Source: Macrostomum lignano
Lineage: Eukaryota
Assembly: GCA_002269645.1 (NCBI GenBank)
Contig: NIVC01003378.1
Coordinates: 1 to 64,000 of the forward strand
Direction: 5' to 3'
Length of the DNA stretch: 64,000 nucleotides
In this document: piece by piece, positions 13,206-26,719 of the stretch
Position numbering within the stretch: the stretch's first letter is position 1
How the letters are laid out: every line of letters begins with the position of its first letter
Made by a program: the position numbers and the translations under genes
Notes under the pieces: generated by a model
Seen by the model: the letters and a program-made list of their open reading frames with translations, nothing else
Told to the model about the DNA's origin: nothing
The model's database searches: none

Positions 13206-14956
13206 CCGGCATGACGTTCAGACTCTAACCAAATTGATTTGTCTCAACATGCTATAACAAACCGTATAAAACATTTCTCCATTAATTTTTTATTTACCTC
13301 TGAGGCATATTTCTTCTGACAAAAGTAAATAAGTATTTTGTCACTAGAGTCTTAAGACCTATTTCAACGAATTATACAATTTGTGTTTCCTGCTGCTATC
13401 CACTAATATTCAAGTATTCATAAAGGAAAAATTTAAAGAGGTAGATTATATGCGATTCTACACGATTCAGTACGCGATTTGCAGAGATTGCCCTTTTAGT
13501 GTAGGCAAATCACAAAAATTGTGTTCACTGTAGCTAGGCCTCTGACTATTAGTATATAAGTACATTATATATATATATATATACGTATATATGGACATAT
13601 ACGCTCGTATAGTATAGTGACAGTCGCAGCTAGAATTTTTAGGTGGGGTCACCCGACCCAGTTGTAATAAAAATAGCTGCATGTAATAATAATAAAATGA
13701 TGCGAAATAAAAAACTACATTTCGAGCCTGTACTGTGTCTTGGCTACACCACCTATGATATAGTTAATGATATTTGGTCTACTTCTTTAACTGTTGATGA
13801 AATTATTGTATTGGATTTGAATCAGTGCAAATGAATTCATATATACTATATGTCTGAGTTTGAAAGAATGAATAGCCTTATCAATCCATTAACATTAGTA
13901 ACTCGTATTTGAATTATTTAAATTATAAAAACTAGATCCAGTTTTAATAGAATTATTCAAAACTTTGTTCCTATAAGGTTTGTTTAGGGTACTAAGCTCA
14001 AATTCAAGCTTCATTTCTTTGTAGCATAGGGAACCACCAGCACCAGTGCATGGGAATAGAAATAACTACTAAGATACTATACATTGACTAGGATATAATA
14101 TTAGATATTATTATCGAATAACTATTTATTCTTCATTACTAATAGTTAATAAGTTAATAATATACATACAGACAACTCATTTTGATGATTCATCTATTAA
14201 TGATAAATACATAGTAAAATTTGTATACTATGTATAGTAATAGTAATATTTGTATATTATATGTGCTATAATAATACAAGAGCCTCAAAGGTATATATAA
14301 AATGCAATGAATGCCCCAGTTTGTATTATAACCTATTTTATAACCATAATACATAGAACCATATAATTTCCTCTCTATAATTATTTATTTGCTCCATCTA
14401 TAATTAGTGACATTTAAGTTAGAAATTATAGATATTTTTATACTTACTATATTTTTGTATCTATTTGGTATTTATTTTTTAATTAATTTCTTATTACTTA
14501 TTGGTATTGATTTCAATTTTAAAGATTATTTAAATGGATAAAAATATTTACTTTTCTAAAATGAAAAACAAGTTTCTTTGTACTGAGGTTAGGCCTATTC
14601 TTTTATTGAGTTAAATTTGCAGCTTTGCTTATAAGCTTAAATTTTTATTCATATAATCCTGTTCTCGTTAATGTCTATTATAATTGTTTTCATAATTGTT
14701 TTTACAATTCTAGTTTTATAACCAATATCAATTTTACCAATTTTATAACCAATTGCCAGATCTATTTAGCAAAAAATAAATTTTCAGTACCCAAAAATGA
14801 TAGTATATAAGTATAAATCTGCTTAAAAAAATTTTTCTGTGTGAATCATTTTATATAAATCTTGGTAAAAAAGTTTCTATATTGTTGGTACATAATTTTT
14901 TAAAATTTCAGTTACCATGTTTTCTCTATTAATAGTTTGATTGATTGGCAGAAGTT

Positions 14957-17900
14957 ATGTTGAAGTGTTTTGAAAAAATACTAACATTCATTGGTCTGAA
15001 AAGACCTATGTATGAAGAGTTCAGAACTATCTATGTCAACCACAAGCAGCTACAATCAAAGGATCAGTTTCATGAGGAAAAATATTCTTCTAACCATGTT
15101 GTTACTTCCCGTTACACAGCACTCAACTTTTTGATAAAAAATCTACTGGAACAGTTCAGCCGCGTTGCTAACTTTTATTTTCTTATTATTTCTGTTGTTC
15201 AGCTTGGCATTGATTCACCAGTTAGCCCCGCATCTTCATTTTTGCCTCTGGTCTGCGTTATGGGCGCCACAGCCATCAAGCAGGCATATGAAGACATCTT
15301 GCGACACAGGGCAGATGACAAAGTTAATAATGCGCTTGTTAAAGTCATTAGAAATGAAGCTTTGGTTGACGTGAAGGCTTTTCAAATCCGAGTTGGAGAT
15401 GTCGTTCGAATTCACAAAGATGAAAGTTTTCCTTGCGATCTTGTACTGCTTTCATCATCAGAAGATAGTGGTAAGTTTTCTGACTTAAAAAATAAGCAAA
15501 ACGCTAGATAAAGTATGCTCGTACGTTGCCTTATACAAGCTACATATAGCTACTGTATTTACCCATACTAGCTCGTATCTAAAACACTAGTCGGTGAATT
15601 GGAAAATAAACTAAAACGGATAGAGATAGGATAATATTTATTAAGTATTTTTCATTTTTAGCGACCAAAAACAAAAAAGCATACTTTTCTCATACGAGTA
15701 TTTTGTCACGCTTCACTTTTTAGGGGAATGCAACATAACGACGGCCAATTTGGACGGAGAGACAAATCTAAAAACAGTATACTCTGTTGAACCAACCAAA
15801 CCAATGCGATCTGCCTCCAGCATCTGTAAAAGCCTTCGTGCTCGAATCACATGCGAACAGCCAACCACCGACCTGTACAAATTTAAGGGTAACATGGTTG
15901 TCAGGCACAAGTCTAGACCATATGATAAGGTGACACTAAGTGTGAAAAATTTGCTACTTCGAGGCGCAGTGCTGCGGAACACAGAATACGCCATTGGAGT
16001 GGCAGTTTACACTGGACAGGAAACCAAAATGCAGCTTAATTCCCAGCACGTTCGACCAAAGAAATCTGTAATTGAGCGGCGACTTGACAAATTCCTTCTG
16101 TTTTTTATGATAGCCCTGCTGATTGAGTCAATATTTTGCACTGCGATGAAATGGGGATACGCCACTTTGGACGGCACTGTCACAGGGGCATGGTACGTTT
16201 CTGCTGAAACCGCAACGCCCTGGAGAGTTATCCAAGATTTATTGGGCTTCATAGTTTTGTTTAACTACTTGATTCCGATCTCACTGTATGTGACAATTGA
16301 GCTACAAAAGTTTATCGGCTCTATTTTCTTCGGGTTTGACTTGGATATGTACTTTGAAGACCCCGAAACTGGAGAAAAACTCCGTGCAAAGGCGAACACA
16401 TCTGATCTGAATGAAGAACTGGGTCAAGTGCAGTATCTATTCTCAGATAAGACTGGAACATTGACAGAAAATAAAATGACATTCAGGAAATGCTCCATAG
16501 GCAAGCGCACGTTCTGCGATGACAACGGTGAATTATGGGAGACAGAAGGCTGTGGTGGGCGCAAGCTGAGTCGTCGAGAGACTCTGGATGGTCAAGAACT
16601 TTTGTTTTTTACAATTCTAGCGCTTTGCCACACTATACGAGTAGAGCAGCCCAAGTCTTTTGACAGGGACTCGGCGGCATTAGCTCCGAATGATCGCAGG
16701 TACACGGCGTCCGAAGCGGAAGTCTACACGTACCAGGCAAGTTCGCCGGATGAGAAAGCATTCGCGGAAGCAGCTCGAAACTATGGAGTAATATTTCATG
16801 GCACTGAAAGTGGTGTCAGCATCCTTAGCGTGACTAGTGACGGCGAAGAGGTAATTCATCGGTATCGAATTCTGCATGTACTTGAGTTCGATTCGGATCG
16901 CAAGTGCATGTCTGTTATACTGCAGCGGTCCAATGGGACCTACTGGTTACTGACTAAAGGAGCTGAGAGCTCTATGCTAGAGAAGTGCTCGACTGGAGAT
17001 CGGGACTCAGTTGTGCAATACTCTGGTGAATTGGCCCTTGAAGGCCTTCGAGTTTTGGTCATAGCTCACAAAGAGCTAACGGAAGAGGAGTATCGTCAGA
17101 TGAGTTTACAGTTGCTCAGTGCGGAGCAAGACGTTGCCAACAGAGAAGAAAGACTAATTGAAGCGTATAAGTGAGTAATATCAGATGAAATGTATTGCGA
17201 TTTATTCTTAAGCTCATTTGTTCTTTTGTCAAAACGCTCAACTTCTATTATAAAACTATTTCTGCAAGTTCTCTACTTAAACTTTAAAACATCTATCCTA
17301 TCTTATCAGGTCAGTGGAGTGCAATCTTGAAGCTGTGGGCTTGACTGCCATAGAAGATGAACTACAGTCTGGTGTGTGCGAGACCATTACCGCTCTACGT
17401 GACGCAGGTATTCAAGTTTGGGTGCTCACTGGAGACAAGCGTGAGACAGCGGAAAACATAAGCTTATCTGCCGGGCACTTTACCGAGTCAATGCAACGCA
17501 TCCGCATCATCGACCAGCAGTCAGCTGAGGGATGCCGTGAGAGTTTGCGTTGTGGCCTTGAAGAGATTGAAACAGGTGGCTCCCCACTTTCAGTTCAATA
17601 TTGTGTTGTAGTTGATGGCCAATCATTACAGTTTCTTGTGGCCAACGAGTATTCTGAACTAAAGGACTCATTCCTTGAACTCTGTCGCAGAACTTCCGCA
17701 GTCTTGTGCTGCCGCTGCACTCCATTGCAAAAAGCAAGAGTTGTTTCCATGGTTAGAAATGGAATAAAGCCAGAGCCAACCACTTGTGCCATCGGTGACG
17801 GCGCGAACGATGTTTCTATGATTCGCGAGGCTCATGTTGGCATTGGAATCTTCGGCAAGGAAGGCCGTGCTGCCGCTCTTAATTCGGACTATTGCTTTGC

Positions 17901-18756
17901 TAAGTTTAGATTTTCTCGCAACGCTCTCCTGTTCCACGGACATCTCTACTATGTCCGTCTTGCAGTTCTTGTCTTGTTTTTCTTCTACAAGAATGTTGCC
18001 TTTATTACTGCGGAGCTCTACTACGCGTTTTTCTCAGCTTTTACCGCTCAGTCAGTTTACGACACATTGTTCCTGACCATCTACAATATGACTATGACGG
18101 CACTACCCGTGCTGCTATATGGGCTTTTTGAGCAACATTTACCGCGACACCGGCTAGAGTCAGAGCCAAGTCTGTATAGGAACATCGCGCAGAACAGAAA
18201 ACTTTGGTGGAGAGAACTGGGCGGCTGGTGCACAATTGGTCTGTGGCATTCCGTTTGTTGTTTTTTCGGAGTTGCTGCCGTGTTCTTAGTTAATGATTGG
18301 GTCGGCACCAATGGATTCGTTTTTGACGTTTACGCTTTTGGAACTGTAGTAGTGTATTGTGTGCTAGCCTGCGTTACAGCACGAATTCTAATTGTGACAT
18401 TCAGTTTTAATGTGCCTGCTCTAATCGGCTTGCTGGTAACAGCTATTGGATTCGTCCTAGTTTTGTGCATCTACAGTGTATCAACCGTGACCCTTCTGTC
18501 AAACCATCTCACCTTTTTATGGGCTTATTTTGATATAAGCCTTCAACCAATTTCCTGGCTTCTGCTTCTGTGTGTCTCAGTGCTGGCTCTGACCCCCGAC
18601 ATCATATTGCGTAGCATGCAAGACATTCGCACTGACCGGTTGCTTAGGAGGCGTGGAACTGCTGGAGAGCTACCGGTACGTTTCAAAAATATTTTATCTA
18701 GTCGTTTGTTTTACCTAGTGCGTTCTAATAGCTCTTTTAGTATGATTTTCAACTGA
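14957..18756 (+). CDS. ATP11: P4-type ATPase (phospholipid flippase), ATP11 family. Exons 14957-15470, 15724-17170, 17310-18675 (or read-through to stop at 18756)
   Basis: N-terminus RTIYVN..KNLLEQFSRVANFYFLIISVVQL matches ATP11. Motifs DGETNLK, PISLYVTIE, DKTGTLT, SSPDE, FDSDRKCMSV, TGDKRETA, IGDGANDVSMI. GT-AG introns 15471-15723 and 17171-17309 join in the correct phase (SEDSG|ECNITTANLDGE; AYK|SVECNL). A further GTACGT donor lies at 18676. Confidence 0.95.
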
Positions 18757-18941
18757 TTTTGATTGTGGCAACTGACATCATTGCTTGGGGACTGCTTAAG
18801 AAATAATATACACTCATCAAAATGTTACAATTTCCACCCCAAAACTAGTGGTCAACTTTTCTCAGATCTTAGCCCTCAAGTGACACAATTCACACCATGC
18901 CCGCGGTTGTCGTCTTAACTGTTGGTGATGCAGGCTCTAGC

Positions 18942-21900
18942 CAGGGAAGCCTCTTTGTTCGCTTCGCTCACCAGGAAGCGACACTCACATGGCCCCTCCC
19001 CACCTCCTCTACAAGTTTAGTCTCGTTTTGGGAACTTGGGAAGCAAAGAATTTTTGTCCTTCGTTTACTGTACACTGAATACTCATATCTTTTCTATGTT
19101 ATGCCTATATCTTCTCGTGCAGGATATCATTTAGGCAGCAAAAAACAACTGATATCAACTCACTCTGAGCAATTCTTTGATTTTCTAAACTCTAATTTTT
19201 TAATCGAACATTTGCATAATACATCATGGGATACAAGTGCTGTGTTCCAGCTTGTGTTACTAATTTGCCTCGATATAAGAAGGACCCGACTGTTTCCATC
19301 CACAAGTTTCCTTCTATCAAGAATCTGGATCTGCTGAACAAGTGGATCGCTACAATTCCTCGACAATGAACTGAGGCCGAGCTGTGTAAGCTGCGGTCTG
19401 ACCCAAGTCACAACTATCGGGTTTGCTCTATTGCTACTGCTAAGCTGAAAAACCGGCGTCTGACAGATGATGCTGTGCCGTGCATCTTCCCGAATGTTGC
19501 ATCCTACTTGAGCAAGGCCGTCCTAGAAGAGAGGCAAACCGCGGTTTGTACATCGGCTGAGAGCCGTCGAGAGAACGACATTCAGCGTTGCGAGGTAGAA
19601 GCAGAGGAGCTTCTACAAAAGGATGTGATTTCTGACTTCCACGCTATTGGGTCATACGATCTACCAGATCATCTAAGGTGCTTTTTCAAGGTGATCTCTG
19701 AATCGAGTGTAACCTTTTTTACAACTAGAATGTCCGGTGCCGGCAACTTGGAGATCGCCACATTGCTGAATGTTGGCCAAGAGCTGCTGTTTGAGGTCAC
19801 AGTTGGTGGTGATAAGCAAGCCTCTTTTGCTGGAGATCTGGTAGCTGATGGCAGTCTTAAAACCTTTGCCCAACTTGAAAACATCCTAGCTAGGCTAAAA
19901 AATGTTCGTTTGGAAGATTGCCGGCATGGCTATAAGGAGCACCTCTTACTAGCTCAGGAGGCAGTCACGAAAGCTATCACCGACTTGTCAGCTAAGATTG
20001 AAGTCAAGAGTGATCAAGAGCTGGATACATCCATTGAGGAGGCTGCTTTTGCTAAACTGAATTTTCTTGTCGAGCAGCTAAGCTTTTCGAGTTTGAAGAA
20101 GGGGAAGCTAACATACTCCAGCGAGCTACTTGCTTTTTCATACCTTTTTCATACCTGTTGCAGCACCACAGCCCATCAGCGTACAATTTCATTCAGAAAT
20201 CCAACACAGTCAACCTCCCAAGTGTTAGGCATCTGCAGAGGCTTTCTTCCGGGTTGAGCAATGACCCTGACATCAAGGCTACCGAAGATTATCTCAAGCT
20301 AAAATTTTACAGCCTGTCTGAGTCTGAGAGGGTAGTGCTTCTTGAAATCGACGAAATTTATTCGTCGAAGCGAATGGAATTCAGTGGAGGCAAGGTATTT
20401 GGCACTGACTCAGAAACCGATGAGCTTGCCAAACTGTGTGCGCTTTTTCGATCAAGTCGCTGCATGGAGACTTCCAGGAAGTAATTTCTCTTATTTCAAA
20501 AAGTAGGCATAGTGCTCCGGACTTGCAAAATCACCTCACTGACTGCCTTGCTCTGCTTGATCGGGTTCACCTGAAGCCAGTGGTGTGCATTGTTGACAAC
20601 AATGCAGTGAATAGGAGCCTCTTTCAAGGTCTTCTATGCAAAGACAAGCTGCAATCATCAATTCCAAATCCGGTGTCTGGCGAGCCGCTGTTCCTTCTCT
20701 TCGACCCTGTACACAACTTTAAGAACATCTTGAACAATTGGATTTCGCGCCAGGTGTTTCAATTTCCGGACTTCACCGATCCCCAGAAAATCTAAACAGC
20801 AGATTTTCGCGATTTGCACAAACTTCATGAACAAGAACTTGGGCCACCAGCTCGGATCGCCTTTCAACTGAATACAAGGTCCTTGAATCCAACGAACCTG
20901 GAGAAGACTAATGTTCAGCACGCAGCCAGCATCTTCAGCGAGTCTACTGTAGAAGCAGCAAAGTTCTACAATTTTTCCTCTGACTTGGTAGCTTTCCTAG
21001 CGCTCATTCTTAACATGTAGACGATCTGGAATGTCAAGACCACTAGGAAAGCGAAGGAAAAGCGGCTTCCCGACGCCGCTCTTCTGGTGCCAAACGATCA
21101 CCGCCTCGACAAGCTGCGCCAGTTTGCCGCTTTCTTCCAACGTTGGGAGGATTCGAAGTTGCCCGGCTTGACTGCTCCCACTTTCCTTGCTGTTAAATCC
21201 TGCTGTCTCACTCTTGCTGATCTTTCCGAGCACCTTTTCTCTAGGTATTTATTTCCCTCTGTTTTGACAGGTAGGATAGTCAGTGACTGGATCGAGCGGC
21301 GCTTTGGTCGCTACCGCCAGTTTCACGGAGACAACTATTTTGTTTCTGTCCGGCAGATCCTTCAAGCCGAGAAGAAAATTCGCGTTTTCAGCCTGCTTCA
21401 GTTTCATGGCCTTGGACTGAAAGATTTAAAAATTCTTGACCAGGCGAGTTCATTCGAGTTTTTTAATCCACTCTTATCCGTGAAGCTTCCAGTTCTCCAG
21501 CATCTTGACGCCGCTCTTACATCTAGTGACAGAAACATTTGTTCCTATCTTGGTGGCTACGTGTCTAAAGCTCTATGCGGCCAGCTGAAGTGCACTGACT
21601 GCAAGAATCTTCTACTTACTAACGATTACTTGGAGTTTATTGCCCAAGAGGACTGTGCTGACGACTTTGCCCTGATTCAAATGCGTGACCGAGGCGGTCT
21701 GAAGTGCCCCAGCAAATTCGTATTTTTTCTTTTGAAGCATCCTACTTCATGTTTGGACATCTGCGAGATAATGGTCTGTTAACTGCTGATCTTCTCACCT
21801 CTGGTAATTTAGTTCAAAATATTGTTGAGCTCTGCCAGGACTACGTGAGTGAATCCACTGATTTTACGACCCTTTCAAGCCGGACTTGCAGTTGTAGAAA

Positions 21901-22352
21901 GGCAGCTGCTACTCTTTCTTCGTGGATCTTAATTCCTGCAGTCCGGATTTATCTAAAGAATTCTGTCAATGAGACAAACGATGAGAAGGCGAAGAACCAG
22001 AAGGCGACGAATCGTAAGGCGTCCAAGCTTTCCAGCAAGAGTTCGAGTTAGCTGTTTAATATGCGTTTTAACGAGGGAAGCTCAGATTTTAAGCCAAGAT
22101 TTTTCCTTTTGTGTGTAATATTTAATGACGATTTTTAGTTTTTTTTCAGTTTCATTTATTTGTTGTATACTTTGTAATCGCAGCTTTTTATTTTCCAAAT
22201 AAACACATATCAATTTATACACTTTTTTATACTGAGTGCACTGAAATAAGTGGGCTCTCGGGTAGTCTGGGGAAGAAAAACGAGACCCAACTTGTATAGG
22301 CACGATTTCAGTGTCGCTTCCTGGTGAGCGAAGCGAACAAAAGGCTTCCCTG
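18942..22352 (+). mobile_element. P-element superfamily (THAP-domain) DNA transposon, full-length but decayed
   Basis: About 44-bp TIRs CAGGGAAGCC..GGAAGCGACACT at 18942-18985 and 22310-22352, differing by a 1-nt indel. Flanks CTCTAGC and CCCTAGC give a 7-bp TSD with one mismatch. Confidence 0.9.
19226..22051 (+). pseudogene. THAP-domain P-element transposase pseudogene (stops and frameshifts)
   Basis: ATG 19226: MGYKCCVPAC..HKFP..KWIATIPRQ*..RVCS..DDAVPCIFP, a THAP domain with an in-frame TGA. Later fragments in different frames: LLEIDEIY, FDPVHNFKNILNNW, NVQHAASIFS, TGRIVSDWIERRFGRYRQ, YLGGYV..C..C. Confidence 0.9.
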
Positions 22353-23339
22353 CCCTAGCTTAGGCTAGTAAGGATCGAGAGAGTACATGGCTAGATTTTT
22401 TTGAGGTTGGTTGGTTGGATTGGTAATTGGTAATGACTAGATTGGTATTAGAGTAAAAGCTGCCACTTGTTGACTACTGGTTTCGGAGTGGAAACTTTAA
22501 CATGTTACTGAGCGTAACAACTTTGGGCCAGCAATTGACTTTATGTAATTCAACTGAAAAGTACGAGTCTAATAGCAATGGATTTTAACATGATAAATGT
22601 TTTAATATTATTATTTGTGTTATGTGTTATTTTTTATGATGATTTTGAGGTATTTGAGTTCAGATCTGCGCGATGAAGCTCGGTAAAGTAGAATTTTACG
22701 GCCAGTTAGTTACGGCCAGTGCATTAGATTTAGATGTGCTTCTGTATCCATCTTAAACTACGCGATCGAATTAACAGGACGCTGGGGCCTCCGAATTTCA
22801 CTACTCCGCGGATGTCCAGCAGGGAACATTCGTCAACAATGGTTTTGTAAGTTCAGAAATTCCTCTTGACTTTACATGCGCTATTTTATGATGCTTCATG
22901 CGTTTAGGGACATTGTGAGCAGTTCGTGTCATGTATTGAAGTTTATACAGTTACCCTGCTTACCCTCATTTAACTTGCTGCCATGTGCAATGTGCATCAT
23001 TGCAAGTACTTTTTCCCGCCTGTTGTGTGTGGCTTGTGTACTAATATCGCTATTCTATTGACTCCGTAGTTTCGTGTACTTCAGTGTACGAGCTACACTG
23101 TTCACACCCCTTCTATTTGTGTTCTAGACGCTAATCGGCTTGTTTACCCAATGTCTGGGTCTAAGAGTTTTCGTAGCTTGCAACTATTATAACATGACTT
23201 GGCTTATATATTTCATAACACCGCCTTCGCAAAGAACTGAAAAACTAAAACTCAAAAGAAAAAAATTATAGTTACTACGCGTTTTGGTCCACCTAAAATA
23301 CACTTCTCAAGCCCTTAATTGAGAAGAAAATACACTTCT

Positions 23340-24590
23340 ATAACCCTTCTCAGGCAGTTAGTTTCACGCGGAAAAAGCTCGGGGCAATTTTTCCGGTTTA
23401 ATGGCTACCCAAAAAGCATTATAGGCATGATTATCAATTCGTTTGAAACTCAAAAATTACCCGGAATCCTGATAAAAAGATCAAAAGAGACTAGTGGTTC
23501 TATATATATATATATAGAACAGAGAGAAGCAGAGAGAAGCACAGACAAAGAGACATCTAGCTAGTCTTTGCGCGGACGCGTTCGCAGAACAACCGAGAAG
23601 GGCAAGTCATAGCGGACTGGGGGCTGAGTCCAATGGCCTGCAAGTCAGTGGTTCTCATAAAGCACTGATTACTCTGCCACTCCTTGGTGTTGCGTCTCGT
23701 CTATTTAGTTCAAGAATTGCTTTAAAAGGCTCTTCTCAGAGCTTTTGAAAGCCACATCACAGTGGTCTTACGGGCCGAAAACTTCGGGTCATTATGTGTG
23801 CAAGTTGAAGTCGGTTGTTTCTCGTGATCTGAATGCTTGTGTCGTTTACAAATTTTGCTGCTCTGGTGATCAAAGCGTTTACTACGTGGATAATACCAAA
23901 AGACTAAGACACATATGCCATACCAGGGCCAGAGAAAAACTGGCTAAAAAACTCTGCAATCAATGACCACTTACTTACTTGGATCCAAAGACTGCTGTGA
24001 TAGTGAGCCTATTCAGCTGTTTTATCGTTGCAATTCCGACTTTAAGCTTAGGATCTTAGAGGCTATACACATTTGGGTCATTTAATGAGGGTGCTCCACT
24101 TCTGGCCTAGGACTGTCCCTGATTTGTTTGACCGCCTTATCAACCACCCTTATACATGTATATTCAGCATCATCGAAAAATCGCCATTACAGAAGATTCC
24201 GTCTGTGGTCGCCACTTTTGCGAGTGAAGCAACTTAGCTTTGTATATGCCGCGGTAGACTTGAGTTGAGGAATAAAGTGGGGGAGCAGTGTGCGAGAGTT
24301 GGACGGATTAAAGCTACCCCGATCAGTTTTCTCGTATCTTTTATTTCAGAATAGTACAAGAGAAATCATGCTCACTGGCGCATAGAGTGGCGACTTTTCA
24401 ATGTTGCTGAGATTATGTATTTGTTGGGACAATTATTTTACTTTTAATAATATAATAATTTATTTTTCCATAATAATGTACTTTTTAAAACCCTTATGTA
24501 CTCTACGCTTGTTTTCAATTTATTTTCTTACCCTACGTACACAGTACTTGAAGTAGAAGGCAGACCGAAACGTGTTGCAATAATAAATGT
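23340..24590 (+). mobile_element. Penelope-like retroelement 3' remnant (RT thumb end and GIY-YIG endonuclease), degraded
   Basis: FRFNGYPKSII near 23390-23420. VVYKFCCSGDQSVYYV-like GIY-YIG segment near 23840. KNSAINDHL and CNSDFKLRILEAIHI fragments. 3' motif CTTGAAG..CCGAAACGTG..AATAAA near 24547-24590. Confidence 0.7.
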
Positions 24591-24742
24591 TAATTTGAGC
24601 TTTTGTTTATTTCACTGGTTAAGCGAATTCAATTCCTAAGAAGTAAAACTTAGAACTAGAAAACTTAATCACTGACACTAACACATGATGGCGCCTCCCA
24701 TTCATCAAGTATTACGAGTAATAAGGGGTCCTCATGATACTG

Positions 24743-25110
24743 TTATGTAGGAGAGTCAGGCACACGAAGTTCGGTAGCACGGGCTTTTGAGACCCGCTGG
24801 CGCGGGTTCAGTTCTGCGCCATTTAGCAAAAATCCATATTTTCCTTGTTTTGAACGTCGTAGTTGTCTGTCAGGCTGATTATGAATAAGACAGGCGTAGC
24901 AGTCATTTTTATGCTCAGGATCAGTGAAGCGTTGTTTTTCACCGATGACTGAACTTTGCGAAATCGTGTAGTTCACGGAGGAGTCATTGGATATTTCGAA
25001 TGCTTCTGAATGAAGCTTGCTGTCATTTTCAAAATGTTTAAAAAGTTTATGAAATTTTTTTGCTTGGCTGCCGTTCTCGACTCGGGCGCACCAAAAGTCG
25101 CTTCCCTTGT
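24743..25110 (-). CDS. Possible terminal exon or relic of an unidentified gene (about 122 codons)
   Basis: Open frame DKGSDFWCARVENG..EAFEISND..VPDSPT* begins right after an acceptor-like TTTCTCTGTTAG and extends the listed 77-aa ORF upstream. No recognisable family. Confidence 0.3.
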
Positions 25111-26719
25111 CTAACAGAGAAATTAAAAAGCTGCTGCCATTGTTTTTTCACAGCAATAACCAATATTACGACCTAGTATTTTATCTCAAAACTGCTTATG
25201 CTAAGCAGAAGCAAATAAATCAGTAATAACTGTTCACCACCACAACTGATAGGAGAGAGCAGACCGCACCGAGCCGGACAGCCACTCTGGTCCGCATTGC
25301 TCCCAAGCAGCTGGCAGCTCCAATAGTGTGCAGTTCTCCAGCAAGCACACATTCCACACAAATGAGGCGTTCGAGCAGCAGGATCGAGTCTAAGATAAAG
25401 TGAAGTGATTTGCAAAAATTGATTGCTGGTAGTGGCTTACTCTTCGTATTTTTTTACTTGCTTCTTTTTAATATTTGAGTGCAAGGTCTGGGAAGTGTCA
25501 GTCAGCCTTCGTTTTTACATCGTCCTTGAACTACAAGGGAACGCGTCCGTGCAGGTCTCCGTGCAGAACTCTAGCAAACCGCGACACTCAGAATGCCCTT
25601 CCATGACAGTTGCACTTTTGATAGTCGCACAAATGTGGCAATTATCCCTGACACTGGTTTTTGCCTCTTAATTTTTATTAGCAGCTTGTACTTTTGTTAG
25701 TTTGGTACATGCAGACACAAGTTTTTTTTTATACAGTAATTTTGTGGTAAAAATGCTGCTCGATCAGTGCTTTTTACGCACTGACCCACACAAATTTGGG
25801 GAGTCGAAACGCAGTGGCTGGAGAGCAGATAGTCCGGAATAATGAGGAAGTAGCTAGCTCGTAATTAAGTTTAATTGGCTTGATTTAGACTTTACACACT
25901 GCTGGAAATGCTTCTGCTTGTAAAAATATTTTTCACAAGTGTATATATGTAACATGAAAACTGAAAAATCGCTCATTGCTAAATGTACAGTGTATGGCGA
26001 TTGGCAAGTAAAAACATCTAGGAAATGTAAAGTAGTAAGAAGTATGTAAGAACTAAACATCTCAGAGAAGTGTCAGCTCTCTAGCCACTTCTGGATAAAA
26101 AATGACAGGGATTATTGGAAGTTTAGGGATCATTAAGAGTTCATATTTTTATTGATACTTATTTATCTGTACGTACAAGTGAGCACTTGATCAAATTTTG
26201 AGATGCGATAAATGCTCGGGCTCTCGAAGCTAATGTGGTCGCACTTGCACAATCTAAAATATACGCTATAATCCGTCAGTTTCTATTGTCTAAAAATTTT
26301 TATTTTGCCTGTCTTTTTATCAGACCAATTTTGATTTTTAATTGCGCGCACATTCCTTGTAATCTCAGCTGCGGTTACGCTCTACCTTTTCACTGGCTGT
26401 TGGTTTTTAAATTTTGTGTCCGAGCCTTTTAAGCTTTTTAAGCACTTACTACACAATATTGCTTCCTTTTTGTTAGCTGAGCTCGAAATCCATTTGCTTG
26501 TATTTTAAGATTTTTTGAGTGGTGAATACTTTCGGTTGGACTTTGATGCACTGTAATAGTAATGACGACTAGTAATAACAACAAGAAGTTATTCATGATT
26601 TAAATAAGTATCCTAAACAGTTTCATTTTAAAAAGATCTTTGAAACACATTGTAACTTGCTTTAGAAGAAAATAGAAATTTCACGATACAAGGAATACAA
26701 TTTCAAGTGCCATAAAGCT

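Noticed and set aside
13625-13662. Helitron-like 3' end on the minus strand (GGGTCGGGTGACCC hairpin then CTAG)
   Set aside because: The base after CTAG is not T and no 5' TC end was identified; too weak to call.
25480-25570. VLHGDLHGR resembling a kinase catalytic loop
   Set aside because: Followed by stops with no other kinase motifs; likely chance.
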